Shown one piece after another: positions 13,578 to 25,620 of a stretch of DNA of 64,000 nucleotides; position 1 is the stretch's first letter; each line of letters opens with the position of its first letter. Location: positions 19,468,001 to 19,532,000 of the forward strand of contig OZ249450.1 of assembly GCA_965235115.1 (NCBI GenBank). The letters are read 5' to 3'. The notes below the pieces were generated by a model, which did not search any database, had not been told where the DNA came from, and saw only the letters and a list, made by a program, of their open reading frames with translations. The position numbers were made by a program, and so were the translations under genes. Source of the stretch: Laetmonice hystrix (Eukaryota).

Positions 13578-14864
13578 GTCGCCATGGTAACGGGCCATGA
13601 CGTTGGCTGTCTCCATGACAACGTCTTTAAAGGCCTCGTGTCGGTACATCGATGGTCAGTAGCTCGTGGCCCGACCGTTTGGTTTGTTGCCAGGTAAGTT
13701 GATTGCCTTGCATGGCTTACGTAAATTACCTGGCTCCAGCACGCTGGTCGAACGCCAACTGATGCTCCGTGCATGTCTCCCTGGTGGGCAAACCACGAAC
13801 TAATACTGATACGGCGCCGGAACAGATATACAGGCGGGTCACGTGACTGGCTACCGGCAGAACACAAATTAAAGTTTTAAACAAAGAAATGAAAAGGAAA
13901 AAATGGGGAACACACAACAACATAATACGTATTATCACGTTTTAGTGGTTACCATGGTAACAATTAGGTTTATATTCTTATCGTCTTAATGTGTTGGCGG
14001 GGTGGGGTACAAGAATACCGACAATCTGTTTACAAGGCTGTATTTGTGCCTTCATTGTCTGATCTTCTTCTGCCCAAACAATGGCGGAACACGTCTGCCA
14101 TAGAATCTCACGCCTCGTCTGCCTCCATGGCGACGCCTTCTGACTTTTTCCAAGATTACCAGATTTGTTATCCTATGAATCTAGAACGGCAGTAAATGTT
14201 CTGCATCTTTCATGCAATACTAACTACATACCTCTCTAAAGCTGAGCGTTTATCAAGAAAAATGTGATTTAGAACTAACATAAGCACAATCTTTATCTCA
14301 TACAATATTGCTCGACCCGCATTTCCTGTAAATTACTATTGATAAAAGGCGACATTTGGTTGATTCTCCTCCCGGCCCAGACTCTCTGTCAGTAACAAAG
14401 AATCATCCGCGTCTAAAGCCGGGTGTTCATGTGGACGTTTCCGTTATCCGTTTTCGATTCGATCTTTTATGCCTATTTCCTATGGGAGCGTTTCCATGTG
14501 TAAGTTTCGTAGTCCGATTGTACACATGGAAACGCTCCCATAGGAAATAGGTATAAACGATCGAATCGGAACCGGATAATGGAAACGGATAACGGAAAAT
14601 GGAAACGGATAACGGAAACGTACACATGGAAACCGGGCTTAAAGCTGGAGTTGGAGGTCAGGACTCTCTGAGCGTGTCAACGTCCAGGTTGGTGTCCAAT
14701 TTGCCTCTTTGGGCCAAGACCTTCAGCTGCCATTCTCCCTACGGCTCCTCAGCTCAACTTTACAAAAAGGTCATATTTCTACAAAAGGTGGAAAGTTACG
14801 GAAATTGGCTTTGTACAGTTTCCGTTTTATCAGAGTTTTCGTAACCTGTCGGTACCATGGTAAC
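13578..14864. promoter_or_regulatory. Cluster of RFX X-box motifs
   Basis: GTCGCCATGGTAAC (13578), GTCTCCATGACAAC (13609), the perfect palindrome GTTACCATGGTAAC (13948) and GGTACCATGGTAAC (14851) fit the GTNRCC-N0-3-RGYAAC consensus fully or with one mismatch. Confidence 0.5.
14414..14642. mobile_element. Fold-back (palindromic) MITE-like element
   Basis: Perfect 31-bp inner stem (14472-14502 / 14521-14551) and imperfect outer arms AAGCCGGGTGTTCATGTG / CACATGGAAACCGGGCTT. Confidence 0.75.
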
Positions 14865-15444
14865 CCTGTATCCTCCTGGTCCATCCATACAACCACAACA
14901 CACAACGTGGACCATGCACTAAACTCCCAGAACTGACGTTGTAATACCATTCGATTTAATAACTAATTCTTTTGTTCAGTACTGTCCCACAGATGCGACC
15001 TGTGCTGACAATATGAACGCTGTCTATTATCTCCGCCTTTGTCTACATGGCTGTGGGTCTGTTTAGAACCCAGACAGTTTGGCGCCAAAGCTCTCCCAAT
15101 CCAAACTCTAGATCACCATGCTTTGTCCTGCTGCGCGTCATCCTGACTCATCATGATAACATGCCCAATCTGATCATGTGATAGACATCAGCTCCAGAAA
15201 ACCTTCAAGACTGGAAAACCTTCCACCATGTATGCTGGACTTGTACATCAAAACACCCAACTGATTTGTCATTGCTGATCTGTCTGGAACTGCGACACTT
15301 CCTGTGACCAGTGCAATACTTCGATAGGACCAAACTTAGTATAACTTGGATATTATCTATTTTATGTGACCACCATTTCAATGCGTCCTTAGGCCTACGT
15401 CATATCTATAATGAGGGTAGAAAGAAATGTAACCTTCTGAGAAA

Positions 15445-16262
15445 CGTAGACATAACCTGGTCATTTCTTCAAGTCTGGCAATATGCACTGTCCCATGTAG
15501 ACATAATCTGGTCATTTCTTCAAGTCTGGCAATATGCACTGTCCCATGTAGACATAATCTGGTCATTTCTTCAAGTCTGGCAATATGCACTGTCCCATGT
15601 AGACATAATCTGGTCATTTCTTCAAGTCTGGCAATATGCACTGTCCCATGTAGACATAATCTGGTCATTTCTTCAAGTCTGGCAATATGCACTGTCCCAT
15701 GTAGACATAATCTGGTCATTTCTTCAAGTCTGGCAATATGCACTGTCCCATGTAGACCTAATCTGGTCATTTCTTCAAGTCTGGCAATATGCACTGTCCC
15801 ATGTAGACATAATCTGGTCATTTCTTCAAGTCTGGCAATATGCACTGTCCCATGTAGACATAATCTGGTCATTTCTTCAAGTCTGGCAATATGCACTGTC
15901 CCATGTAGACATAATCTGGTCATTTCTTCAAGTCTGGCAATATGCACTGTCCCATGTAGACATAATCTGGTCATTTCTTCAAGTCTGGCAATATGCACTG
16001 TCCCATGTAGACATAATCTGGTCATTTCTTCAAGTCTGGCAATATGCACTGTCCCATGTAGACATAATCTGGTCATTTCTTCAAGTCTGGCAATATGCAC
16101 TGTCCCATGTAGACATAATCTGGTCATTTCTTCAAGTCTGGCAATATGCACTGTCCCATGTAGACATAATCTGGTCATTTCTTCAAGACTCGCAATATTC
16201 ACTGTCCCATGTAGACATAATCTGGTCATTTCTTCAAGACTCGCAATATTCACTCTCCCATG
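15445..16262. repeat. Minisatellite, 51-bp unit, about 16 near-identical copies
   Basis: CATGTAGACATAATCTGGTCATTTCTTCAAGTCTGGCAATATGCACTGTCC; this array explains the ORFs 15311..16357 and 15378..16310. Confidence 0.97.
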
Positions 16263-17279
16263 TCTTATTCTTAAAACTAACAGCAAGGACCTGTAAATGG
16301 AACTTGACATTTTTTAAAAGACAATACGGTATACAAAGAAAACAAGACTTTTTTTAAACAAAAGAAACGGGTGCACGATTCACAAGGCGGAGCGTACTTT
16401 GAGTGGGGTTGCCAGCCGTTGTTGGTGACTTCCACCAGCCACGGCCACCGACCCGTTCCGGACGTCGGCGCCCGACGCCTAATTCGCCCTGGCGGCCTCC
16501 AAGGGCGTACAAATCATTTATCTAATTACTCCAGCAGCAATTCGCGTTCCCTGTTCCGACATAAACCATCCCCTTACAATGCCTCCGTGGTATAGTCGTC
16601 GGCTTGATCCTGTTTTTCGTCTCGTAAAGCCGAGTAGCAAGGAGCAATATTGTGTATCTTTCTGAGGGAGCGTTCTCCGCCATACAGACCAGAACGCTGT
16701 CAATGAGACCCTGGAGACTGATGGCTCCAGGTTCAATGACTGCCCGACAGATGGAGTGACAAACCCCGCACTGTACCGACGGTCATTGCAGCTTTTCGGT
16801 CTTAGAAACGGAAAGCCCTTTAATAAGGTCAACGGTGAATGGCTGGTGGCCTTATCCGGCCTTCCAAGATAAGTAAACTCTCTTGATGTTTTAAGAGTAC
16901 ATGTCTGTGATATAATAATATTAAAGTATCTCCTGACAGTGAATGTAATTCGGGAGACAGCAGTGTTTTAGTCGTTCACAAACATCAAAAGTTTCCAAGT
17001 CACTGATCAATGTACAACGGTTATCAGCTCAGTTACAGCTCATTCATAAATCTAATGACGGTCTAAATCAATTTGTGTATTATACTGGCATAATTCTACG
17101 TTCTGGGTAGTTCTACCAGTCCGACCACTGGACGTCCTTACTGACGACAGAACGTTACCGACTCTGTGCTGGAAGTCAGGCCAAATTCTAGATCTTGATT
17201 CAATATTGTTTCAATGGTTGGTCAAGCCAGTCGGGCAACCTGAACTCCATGACTGACAGAATTGGGTGAGTGCTGCTTG

Positions 17280-17457
17280 GCTGGCTGTGTAAGAATATAC
17301 TTGGCTGGACTGGTTGGAAGAAGCTAAGGTTTACAAGACTTGGACGGCAGTAGATTCCCCAGGGTAAGAATAACATGCTGGCTGTGTAAGAATATACTTG
17401 GCTGGACTGGTTGGAAGAAGCTAAGGTTTACAAGACTTGGACGGCAGTAGATTCCCC
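17280..17457. repeat. Two-copy direct duplication (about 80 bp conserved, 98-bp spacing)
   Basis: CTGGCTGTGTAAGAATATACTTGGCTGGACTGGTTGGAAGAAGCTAAGGTTTACAAGACTTGGACGGCAGTAGATTCCCC occurs twice. Confidence 0.9.
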
Positions 17458-18687
17458 ATGGTAAGAATAAGATGCTCACGAACACGTAAAAAGGTATCAA
17501 TTCCTAGCGTTGAACCTAACCCTAACCACGACTCCCGGTCCCCATACCTCCAATAGAAAGTAAGGCTTGGCTGACACTAGTTCTGGTTGGAGTATTAGCA
17601 AGAATGTCTCTAAATACTCTAAATACTCAAGGCATCCATACAGAAAACTTTCTTATATATCAATATAAAAATCTTTATGTCAACTGCTTTGAGATTTATA
17701 CACCAGGGAACTGACATCGGACCTGACAAAAGCCCACATCTTCTCGCTAAAGACAATCTATCAACCATTTTCCTGGCATCTTCACCTAATTCAGTGATGG
17801 ATAATCCATACATGGTGGATACCATTTACGGTGCTGGTATAGAGGACGCTCTCAGGGAAACAGATGGGTTGAGAGGTGGCTGATATCTTAAAGTACACAC
17901 GACAGAGGCTGAATCATGGCCCCCAGGGGTGACGACATTCCAGCAATCAGCCGAGCGCTGGATCCGTCTTACAGTCGCTCATCCTCACGTCACAATTTCC
18001 GCTGCTCGCTTACAATTTTTGTTGCTGCTGCACAGAGTCAAAACACAGTCATTTATTGCGGCAAACTGGCTTCTATTAAAAAAAGGGAGAACGCGAAACT
18101 GGCAGATAAAATCTCGTGAACTCCAGTTGGTGTGAAAGTAGTGATGGCGTTATGGGACGAAGTCTAAGGAACTGTGGATCCCATAGAAAACTATCAACAT
18201 GGCCAGAAACGTCAAACGCCACGTGCGAGGAATGATTTCAAGCATATAAGTCCCAACCATAATTAGTCAATCATTTAGATTTACACGTATTTAGTTTTGT
18301 AATTGTTTATTAATTATCTTCTTTTGGAAGGGGGGGGGTCCAGAAAACCAGAAAACCCCCTGGCTACACCCTGTCTTGATTTGGACAAAATGACTCTGTC
18401 TACCATCAACGGCAAGGGCCACACGGTCGAGATGCGGCAGCGCATGCTGGCGGAAATTTTTATAACTATAGCAATAAGCATGGGCATGGCCAAGTTCGCC
18501 AAAACACATGTTAATACGGATAGTTGGAGATTCTCTTACAATCTGTAACGCTACTAAAATATGTTCATTTCAGACTTTGATACATTATCCCTGCTTGATA
18601 TAGCCTACAAATATGATAGATATGTTTCTGTTCGTCGTTATTGATGTTTGAAGTGCCGATGCGCAGCGCAAGACGGTCCGCCATTAA

Positions 18688-19560
18688 CCGACTGTAGCGC
18701 CACAGTCGGCCACTGATTACTTATATAATACCCGCTAGATGGCACTGAATAGGGTGCTGCCATCTATCCTTTTAACTCTGAACTAACATTGAGTTCCAAG
18801 TCAAAAGTATAGATGGCAGCACCCTTTTCCGTGCCATCTAGCGGGACTTATGGAACCAATCACGATTCATCGGCAGCGGTGGAACTACGCTTCGGTTCGG
18901 CACTTCAAACGTTCATAGCGACGAACGAAATAATGCTTATCGCGTGTCAAGAGGGAGTTAAGAAGTCAGAGGCTGAAATGATGATTGGATTTCCTGCAGA
19001 TTCTAAGTGAATTGTCAAACGAATCGTGTTGAATGTGTGGTGTTGATGTAAAATCATTTCAGCTTTCAGGGTTTCATAAAAGTGCCGCCAGCAGGCGCTG
19101 GTGTATATTGACCGTTCCGAGAATGGGTTGCACGTACGTTGTTGTACTGTGCGTGGGGCCTCCCAAAACGACCACTCCAGGTAGAGTATAGCATAGTTGG
19201 CAACTCTACTGTAACTACCGCTTTGTGTTAGGTATGTGTTTTACGTCACAACATTATACTTCCATATTATTTAAAACCGTATTGTCACGAATTTGTGTTC
19301 TTATGCCCCCCCCCCCCCGCCCCCGTCTCCCAGTTTAGCCACAAAGTCTCCCCCTTTTAGAGGCAGAACACAACGAGAAGTCGGAACGCGAGGAGAAGCT
19401 GTAGGAATCAACATCACTCGCCAAACTACTGGGAGACCCTCCCCTGCAGTGGCAGGCCATCGCGGGTCGCCACAATATTTTTGCAGTTGTCGGTAGGCCT
19501 ATAGGCCTAGGCATATGACACCGAACGCTGAGGAATTTCTGACCAAAAAGGGGGCCCGGA
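18688..19560. mobile_element. Interspersed repeat (about 0.87 kb), non-autonomous DNA element-like, copy 1
   Basis: Colinear high similarity to 36748-37820; begins with the hairpin CCGACTGT-AGCGCC-ACAGTCGG and contains a 42-bp inverted repeat. Confidence 0.8.
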
Positions 19561-22500
19561 TTAGGGGTGGGGCAGGGGTGCAGGCCGAACTGAGATAAGG
19601 AGGGGGGGGGAGTCCAACTGAGATGGTGGGGTGGGGGAAGGTAAAAGATATTCCCTCATTATTCTTCACCAAATTATTATTCTTGCTCCCAAGATATGTA
19701 CATAACATGTAAGCTGTAGCATGGCGGGGTGGGGGGCGGGGCAAAAGGCCACAAACCGGGTAAAAGACTATCGATTTTGGAAAATATCCAATTTTTCCTG
19801 CAAATTTCGCAAGGAAATCGACCCAAAGTGAAAGATTAGTTGCAGTATTCTATAGGTAAGTATCAAGTATCATACAAATCTGTTTTAAGAATTTACAATA
19901 ATTTTTTACCAGTTTACCTGAAGTATTTTAAAACTCTGCGCCTCTCTCTCTTGCTCTCTCTGCCGACACTCACAACAATTTTCTCATTTCTCACCACCAC
20001 TTATAACTTGTAAGATATTTAATACAATTATTTTCCTTGCTATTGGCATCTGAAACCAGGGCAGAGTATTCTAAGTTTGTGTTTATTTTACAGATAACTA
20101 ACAGCCAAGACTGTTGATTATAAAGCCATGTTCTAGGTCGTATGCACATCATCAACCTTCATCAGCTCAGCCGGCAATCAACCCCAGACAGGTGGCGACA
20201 TCTGGTGGATCTATATGTACTGCCACCTCGCGGCAAACACCAGCATCAAGTACGTAGGTACAACAAATACCGGGTCAGATAATACATGTACGTGTACATA
20301 TTGCAATTTTTCACGCCTTATCTCAGAGTCTGTAAATATATCTAGTCGTGTGACAAATGATCAAGTTATTTGCTTTCACTGTCTAAGTGCCTCCTGTGAG
20401 ATACATGCACTTACAAAACGAGCCATAAAACACGGAGGATCTGAGGTACGAAACTGAGTTGACTTGACAATATCTACTGGTAATTTGTTTTACTTGATCT
20501 TTCTTACAACCCAACTCATTAACACTTCTTATAATCTTCAACATAACTAAAACATCATTGAAAATGTAGAATATATAGTTTTTTGGGTAGATTCCACTTG
20601 AACACTTCCCACATCATTTTTTCACTGCTCTTTTTACTTTAAAATTTACTATTTATTGCTCTTAATTCATGTGACCAAACTTCTAATCTTGATTCGTGAG
20701 TACATGTTAAAGACAGTTTGTTTATTGGTCAACCTATTTTTTATTACATCAACTGATTCCTCAAAAAGCCCATTAAAATTATTACACAGAGCATGCTGAG
20801 AGAAGCAAATTTATTGACACTAGACTTCCCCTGGCCCGTGGCCGGTAGCTGCTGCTAGTGCTGTCCCGAGGTGGGTCAACAATACCAGGACCACCCCTCC
20901 CTCTCTCCTTTTGGTCAGGACACAATTATAACAATTCAGGTATACATGCCAGGACCAGGTCTGTACTCCGTGACCCTGCTTGACAAGACAAGTGGCAGCC
21001 CAGCCAGATAAGGTGCCATCTCAGGCATCTATGAGTATCACACCTACGGTCCCTGTGTATATACTGGTTGCTGCTTGACAAAGTTCTCTCTCATAATTTA
21101 TATACACAATAGAATGACCTCCTTTCTACCAATGCTGAGTGACATACATGTAATGTACACAAACAATATCAACTCAGTCCCTGGGAGGTCAGAGTTTTAC
21201 AGGTTATTCTTCATAGTGAAAAAAAACCTTGAAAGTTGTGAAATCTGTTTAGATATACATGCTGACAGTGACAGTGAGAGAAGTATATCTGCTACCATTG
21301 TCGTTCACCATTACAGAAATCATATACACCCAAATTGTGCAGTACTCATTCCCTCATGTGGAAAAAGTTTCCAATTCTCTCATGTGGAAAAAGTACAACA
21401 TACATACAATACTACAGAACAATATATCCAACATGATCCAACATTGTAACTTGTTCATGAATGCAATTTAATAACTTCGTTGACAGCCCATCTTGTACAC
21501 ACCTGGTTCCTGCTACAACCTACATTATGTAGCATTTCTTTGAGACATTTAACATTCAAATAAAATAAATAAAAGTGTAAAGAAATTACCAAGTAAGTGC
21601 TGCATATTTTATATGCTTATTCTAGCACCATTGTGTTACAAAATACAGACCTTTAATTTGGGCTAAAGATTTGCATTGTTATCAACTGAAACTGAATGCA
21701 AGGATATTAAATCATACTCATAGTTGAGTAACCAAATCTGTGTGAATGTTGGCTTGGTAAGTTGCCCTCGGTTAACTACTGAACAGGCCTCGGTTAAAAG
21801 TTAATAAAACCTGTTGAAAACAGGAGGCAAGAGGAGTTCCTCCTGAGGTAAGAGGCTCTGGCTGAGGGGCACTTTATGCTAGTGCCTCACTTTGCAGACC
21901 TGGGACCCCAACCTCCTCCTCCCAAACAATGTCATTGTTTGATATAAAAGACCAGTCATGTATCATATACAGTGTTGAAAGTCAAAGAACCTGAAAAAAT
22001 AGTGTTTTCCTGGTAAGCAGGTTGCTCCTATACTCTATAATCAACACCTAAATGAATATAATAAATGAAAAATGATAAATTCCTGTCCTAAAAATGGTGA
22101 ACAGTTACTGACTGGTCCCTCAAATAAACCTGATCAAGGTTCCCGATCCCATGCAGATAATACAAGTAACAGGTTGCATGTTCTATTCTTACACTACCAT
22201 TTTGTTACCACATAATTCTAGGTCAACCACTGGCTGAAGTTTAGGGACATCAGACCAGTCCTAAGTAATTAGTAAAGTGAATGTCACACCTCACCCCCAG
22301 GCCACGGCCCCAGCCTCTGAGTCTGACCCCTCTGACCACGCCCCCTGCCCCCTGCCCCCCACCTCCATCACGAAGTTAATGTATTAAGGTCAACATGACT
22401 CGGATACCATTCTTCTGCGGCCAACTGGTAGGGGAACTCTCATAAAAACGCACCACCTGTCCTGCCCCCCCCCCTCCCCCATTGGATCCCCGGCCCAACA

Positions 22501-22570
22501 TTTCAATGTACGTGGTGACTTGGCCATGACTTGCCGCTCAGCTTTACCTAACGTGATTTCACCCACTCAC

Positions 22571-22619
22571 CTTGGCTGGCTGTGGCCGGGTACAGCTGAT
22601 CTTCTGGAGATTTATCCAT
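22571..22619 (-). CDS. Candidate first coding exon (MDKSPEDQLYPATASQ) of a gene head-to-head with SF3B6
   Basis: ATG in good context (atcATGG), perfect donor CAAG|gtgagt, upstream acceptor tatacacag, about 390 bp from the SF3B6 ATG. Downstream exons not established. Confidence 0.35.
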
Positions 22620-23009
22620 GATGCAGCAAGAATATGAAACTCTTTTCCTGTGTATAAATGCTTAACCTTGACTTGCTCACGCAAACAGCTCTGTACAGCT
22701 GGCTCAAAACGTGAATATGTGTCAACACTTGGATCCCTAGTCGGAACAAGTTGGTGATGATGTCACCAATGTTTTACTCTCGAACCGGTCTTCAAATAAT
22801 CAGTGCCGTAAGAACAGGGTAGTACAACATCATTTATATTTGAAACTTCACTATTATTATTTATTATAGATGGTATTAGTATCTGTAAAAAAAATCATGC
22901 TCCCAAGTATAAATATAACGGGATCGTAAGCATTTGGGTTTCAGACTATTTTTACTCGTCTTTTCACGTTGTGCGTGAGCTTGTGCGAGAGAACGACAAA
23001 AGCTTCAAG

Positions 23010-24688
23010 ATGGCGATGGCAAGGAAGACAAACGTAAGTATTTAATCGTCGATTTTGTAGTAATACAGTGTTTAACGGAGAGATTTGAGATGACCGTACA
23101 TTTGATATTGTTTCTCTTCGTATGATGTGTAAATTTTGTGAGAGTATAGCACGAACTTATCGAACAGAAACGGTCGTAACGCCCGCATTGTGAGCGATAA
23201 TAAGGAGTTTACCACCAGTAAATACACGATGGTCACGGTGGTCAATTCAACGATAACATTTCGTTTTGTTTGCCAGTCGTTTCTTTACCCCCCACGCTGC
23301 TTTCTATCCCCGCAAAGCCTTCCATCCATACCCAATGCTGACCGGGGACATTTCGTGGATTTATTTCAGGCTAAGGCCTGAGCCTAGGCAGTGCATATTT
23401 AGCCGGCAATGGCTTCCCCATGCTTGCGCTATTTGTTGTAATTTGACCATACTCATGCGCAGTAGTGCTATCCCTGGCCTTCTCCTTAACTTTCATTGGT
23501 GTCCCACTGATAAAACCACCAGTGGAGGTTGTTTGAGTGTTTCTGCACATGACGAGCACAGTCATTTTTTTTTTTGCTGGCTAAATAGACACTATCTTTA
23601 TTTTATTTAATGAATCAATCCATGAATAATGACTTAATCATGTAATAGAAATAAATTTAAATTTTGATGTTTGGTTTGCACAGCACAATACAGAGTGCTA
23701 TGCTGGCCCTCTACTAGTACGATGTGTCTGATGGGACTGGTCAGTGTGTATCTTTGTGTTTGACCAACATAAGGTTCCCAACATAACATAACCAGTTTGT
23801 GATTAAGAATGTGTTGTCTGTCTTTAATGCATGTTATTAATTTCCTGTGAACTTTCCGTATTACAGCAGCAGGTTCGCCTGCCCCCAGAGGTTAACCGGA
23901 TCTTGTATGTCAGGAATCTGCCATACAAGATCACAGCTGAGGAGATGTACGATATATTTGGGAAATACGGAGCAATTCGACAAATACGTGTGTATGTACT
24001 ATGCCATGAAGAGGACTCTTGGCTGTTGTAACTAAGAAGGAATGAAGCAGCGGTTCATGTATTTGAACTATACATAAGAATTTCTACCAACCCACATCCA
24101 TGCATAAGCATACAAAGCTTCTCAGAATAGTATTACTTTGTGCTTTTCTTTGATTATTTGATAATATATGGCCTTGTTCCTTATAAAATTACCAATTACT
24201 GACATTGCTAATTTGAATTTCAGAGGGCATACGCCAGAGACAAAAGGAACAGCATTTGTTGTCTACGAGGACATCTTTGATGCCAAAAATGCCTGCGACC
24301 ATCTTTCAGGGTTCAATGTCTGCAATCGTTACCTGGTTGTATTGTACTACCAATCAAACAAGGTATGTCAAACATTAGTATTCCTGTTTGATCAGCATTA
24401 GATTACAGTGATGGACATGACAGATTTAAAAGTACTGCAGATCGGTAGATTCTTTTTGTCAGTGTACTTCTCGGGAGAGATTGGAGCGATTAGGTTTGCA
24501 TTAAAAAAGAGTTCCATTGTAACATTTCAAATGCAAGTTGCACATCCTGTCAGCTGGACTGTAGAGGTTTATATGTATTGATTTTTTTACAGGCCTTCAA
24601 AAAACTGGATGCGGAAAAGAAGAAGGAGGAACTGGACAGGATGAAGCAAAAGTATGGCCTGAGCACACCCGAGATTGGAAAGAAGTGA
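23010..24688 (+). CDS. SF3B6: Splicing factor 3B subunit 6 (p14/SF3B14), 4 exons: 23010-23033, 23873-23991, 24224-24362, 24593-24688
   Basis: Spliced protein MAMARKTN|[40 protein letters not shown]|[46 protein letters not shown]|[31 protein letters not shown] closely matches the p14 RRM sequence as I recall it. All introns are GT-AG with consistent phases. AATAAA at 24781. Confidence 0.98.
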
Positions 24689-25099
24689 TCCATGTACTAG
24701 CTGATCTATAATGGAAGTATGCACGTATCAAACACATCAGTCAACATGGTACATTCTGAGCATGTGTTGAGATGGTCTTTAATAAATGAATAACTGTGTT
24801 TTATCACATTTAATCATTCAAACCTGTGGTTGGTGTGTGCCATGTTGGACACTAGATGGCACTCCAATTGGCGCTGTCTGGAGGCGAAAGGCATTGAGAA
24901 GTCCTTCTGACCTGTGTCATCACGTTTCATTGATTTTAGTGTCTGCTTGCGACTGGTGAGTTTGTAGAGGAAATGGTAATGTAAACTTAACCAACACAAT
25001 GGTTCCAGTTTTCTCATTTACTTCAAGCTTTCTTATTCTCACTTCAGCCATGAGCAGATCTATAAAAACATTCCGATACATGAGACATACAGACTTCTG

Positions 25100-25620
25100 A
25101 TAGATTTGACTGTACTGAACTATTCAATCAACATCAGGTCAACAGTGTGTTGGATTTACTTTCTTGCTGAATGGTAGATTTGACTGTTCCGGACTATTCA
25201 ATCAACATCAGGTCCACAGTGTGTTGGATTTACTTTCTTGCTGAATGGTAGATTTGACTGTTGCGGACTATTCAATCAACATCAGGTCCACAGTGTGTTG
25301 GATTTACTTTCTTGCTGAATGGTAGATTTGACTGTTGCGGACTATTCAATCAACATCAGGTCCACAGTGTGTTGGATTTACTTTCTTGCTGAATGGTAGA
25401 TTTGACTGTTCCGGACTATTCAATCAACATCAGGTCCACAGTGTGTTGGATTTACTTTCTTGCTGAATGGTAGATTTGACTGTTCCGGACTATTCAATCA
25501 ACATCAGGTCCACAGTGTGTTGGATTTACTTTCTTGCTGAATGGTAGATTTGACTGTTCCGGACTATTCAATCAACATCAGGTCAACAGTGTGTTGGATT
25601 TACTTTCTTGCTGAATGGTA
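25100..25620. repeat. Minisatellite, 74-bp unit, about 7 copies, downstream of SF3B6
   Basis: GTAGATTTGACTGTTCCGGACTATTCAATCAACATCAGGTCCACAGTGTGTTGGATTTACTTTCTTGCTGAATG. Confidence 0.95.

Noticed and set aside
15311-16357. 348-aa and 310-aa ORFs as repeat proteins
   Set aside because: They are fully explained by a 51-bp (multiple of 3) minisatellite open on both strands. The same applies to the ORFs over 41.5-42.1, 48.5-49.0, 49.5-50.1 and 55.3-55.9 kb.
16575-16850. Minus-strand frame with an in-frame TGA (16785-16783) before PSVQCGVC, as a selenoprotein
   Set aside because: It matches no selenoprotein family I know, there is no UxxC/CxxU motif, and I identified no SECIS. An ordinary acceptor or a decayed sequence explains it equally well.
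17800-17870. BIR-like fragment (RPLYQHRKWYPPC) on the minus strand
   Set aside because: It is flanked by stops, the upstream CxxC is absent, and the spacing is off; probably chance.
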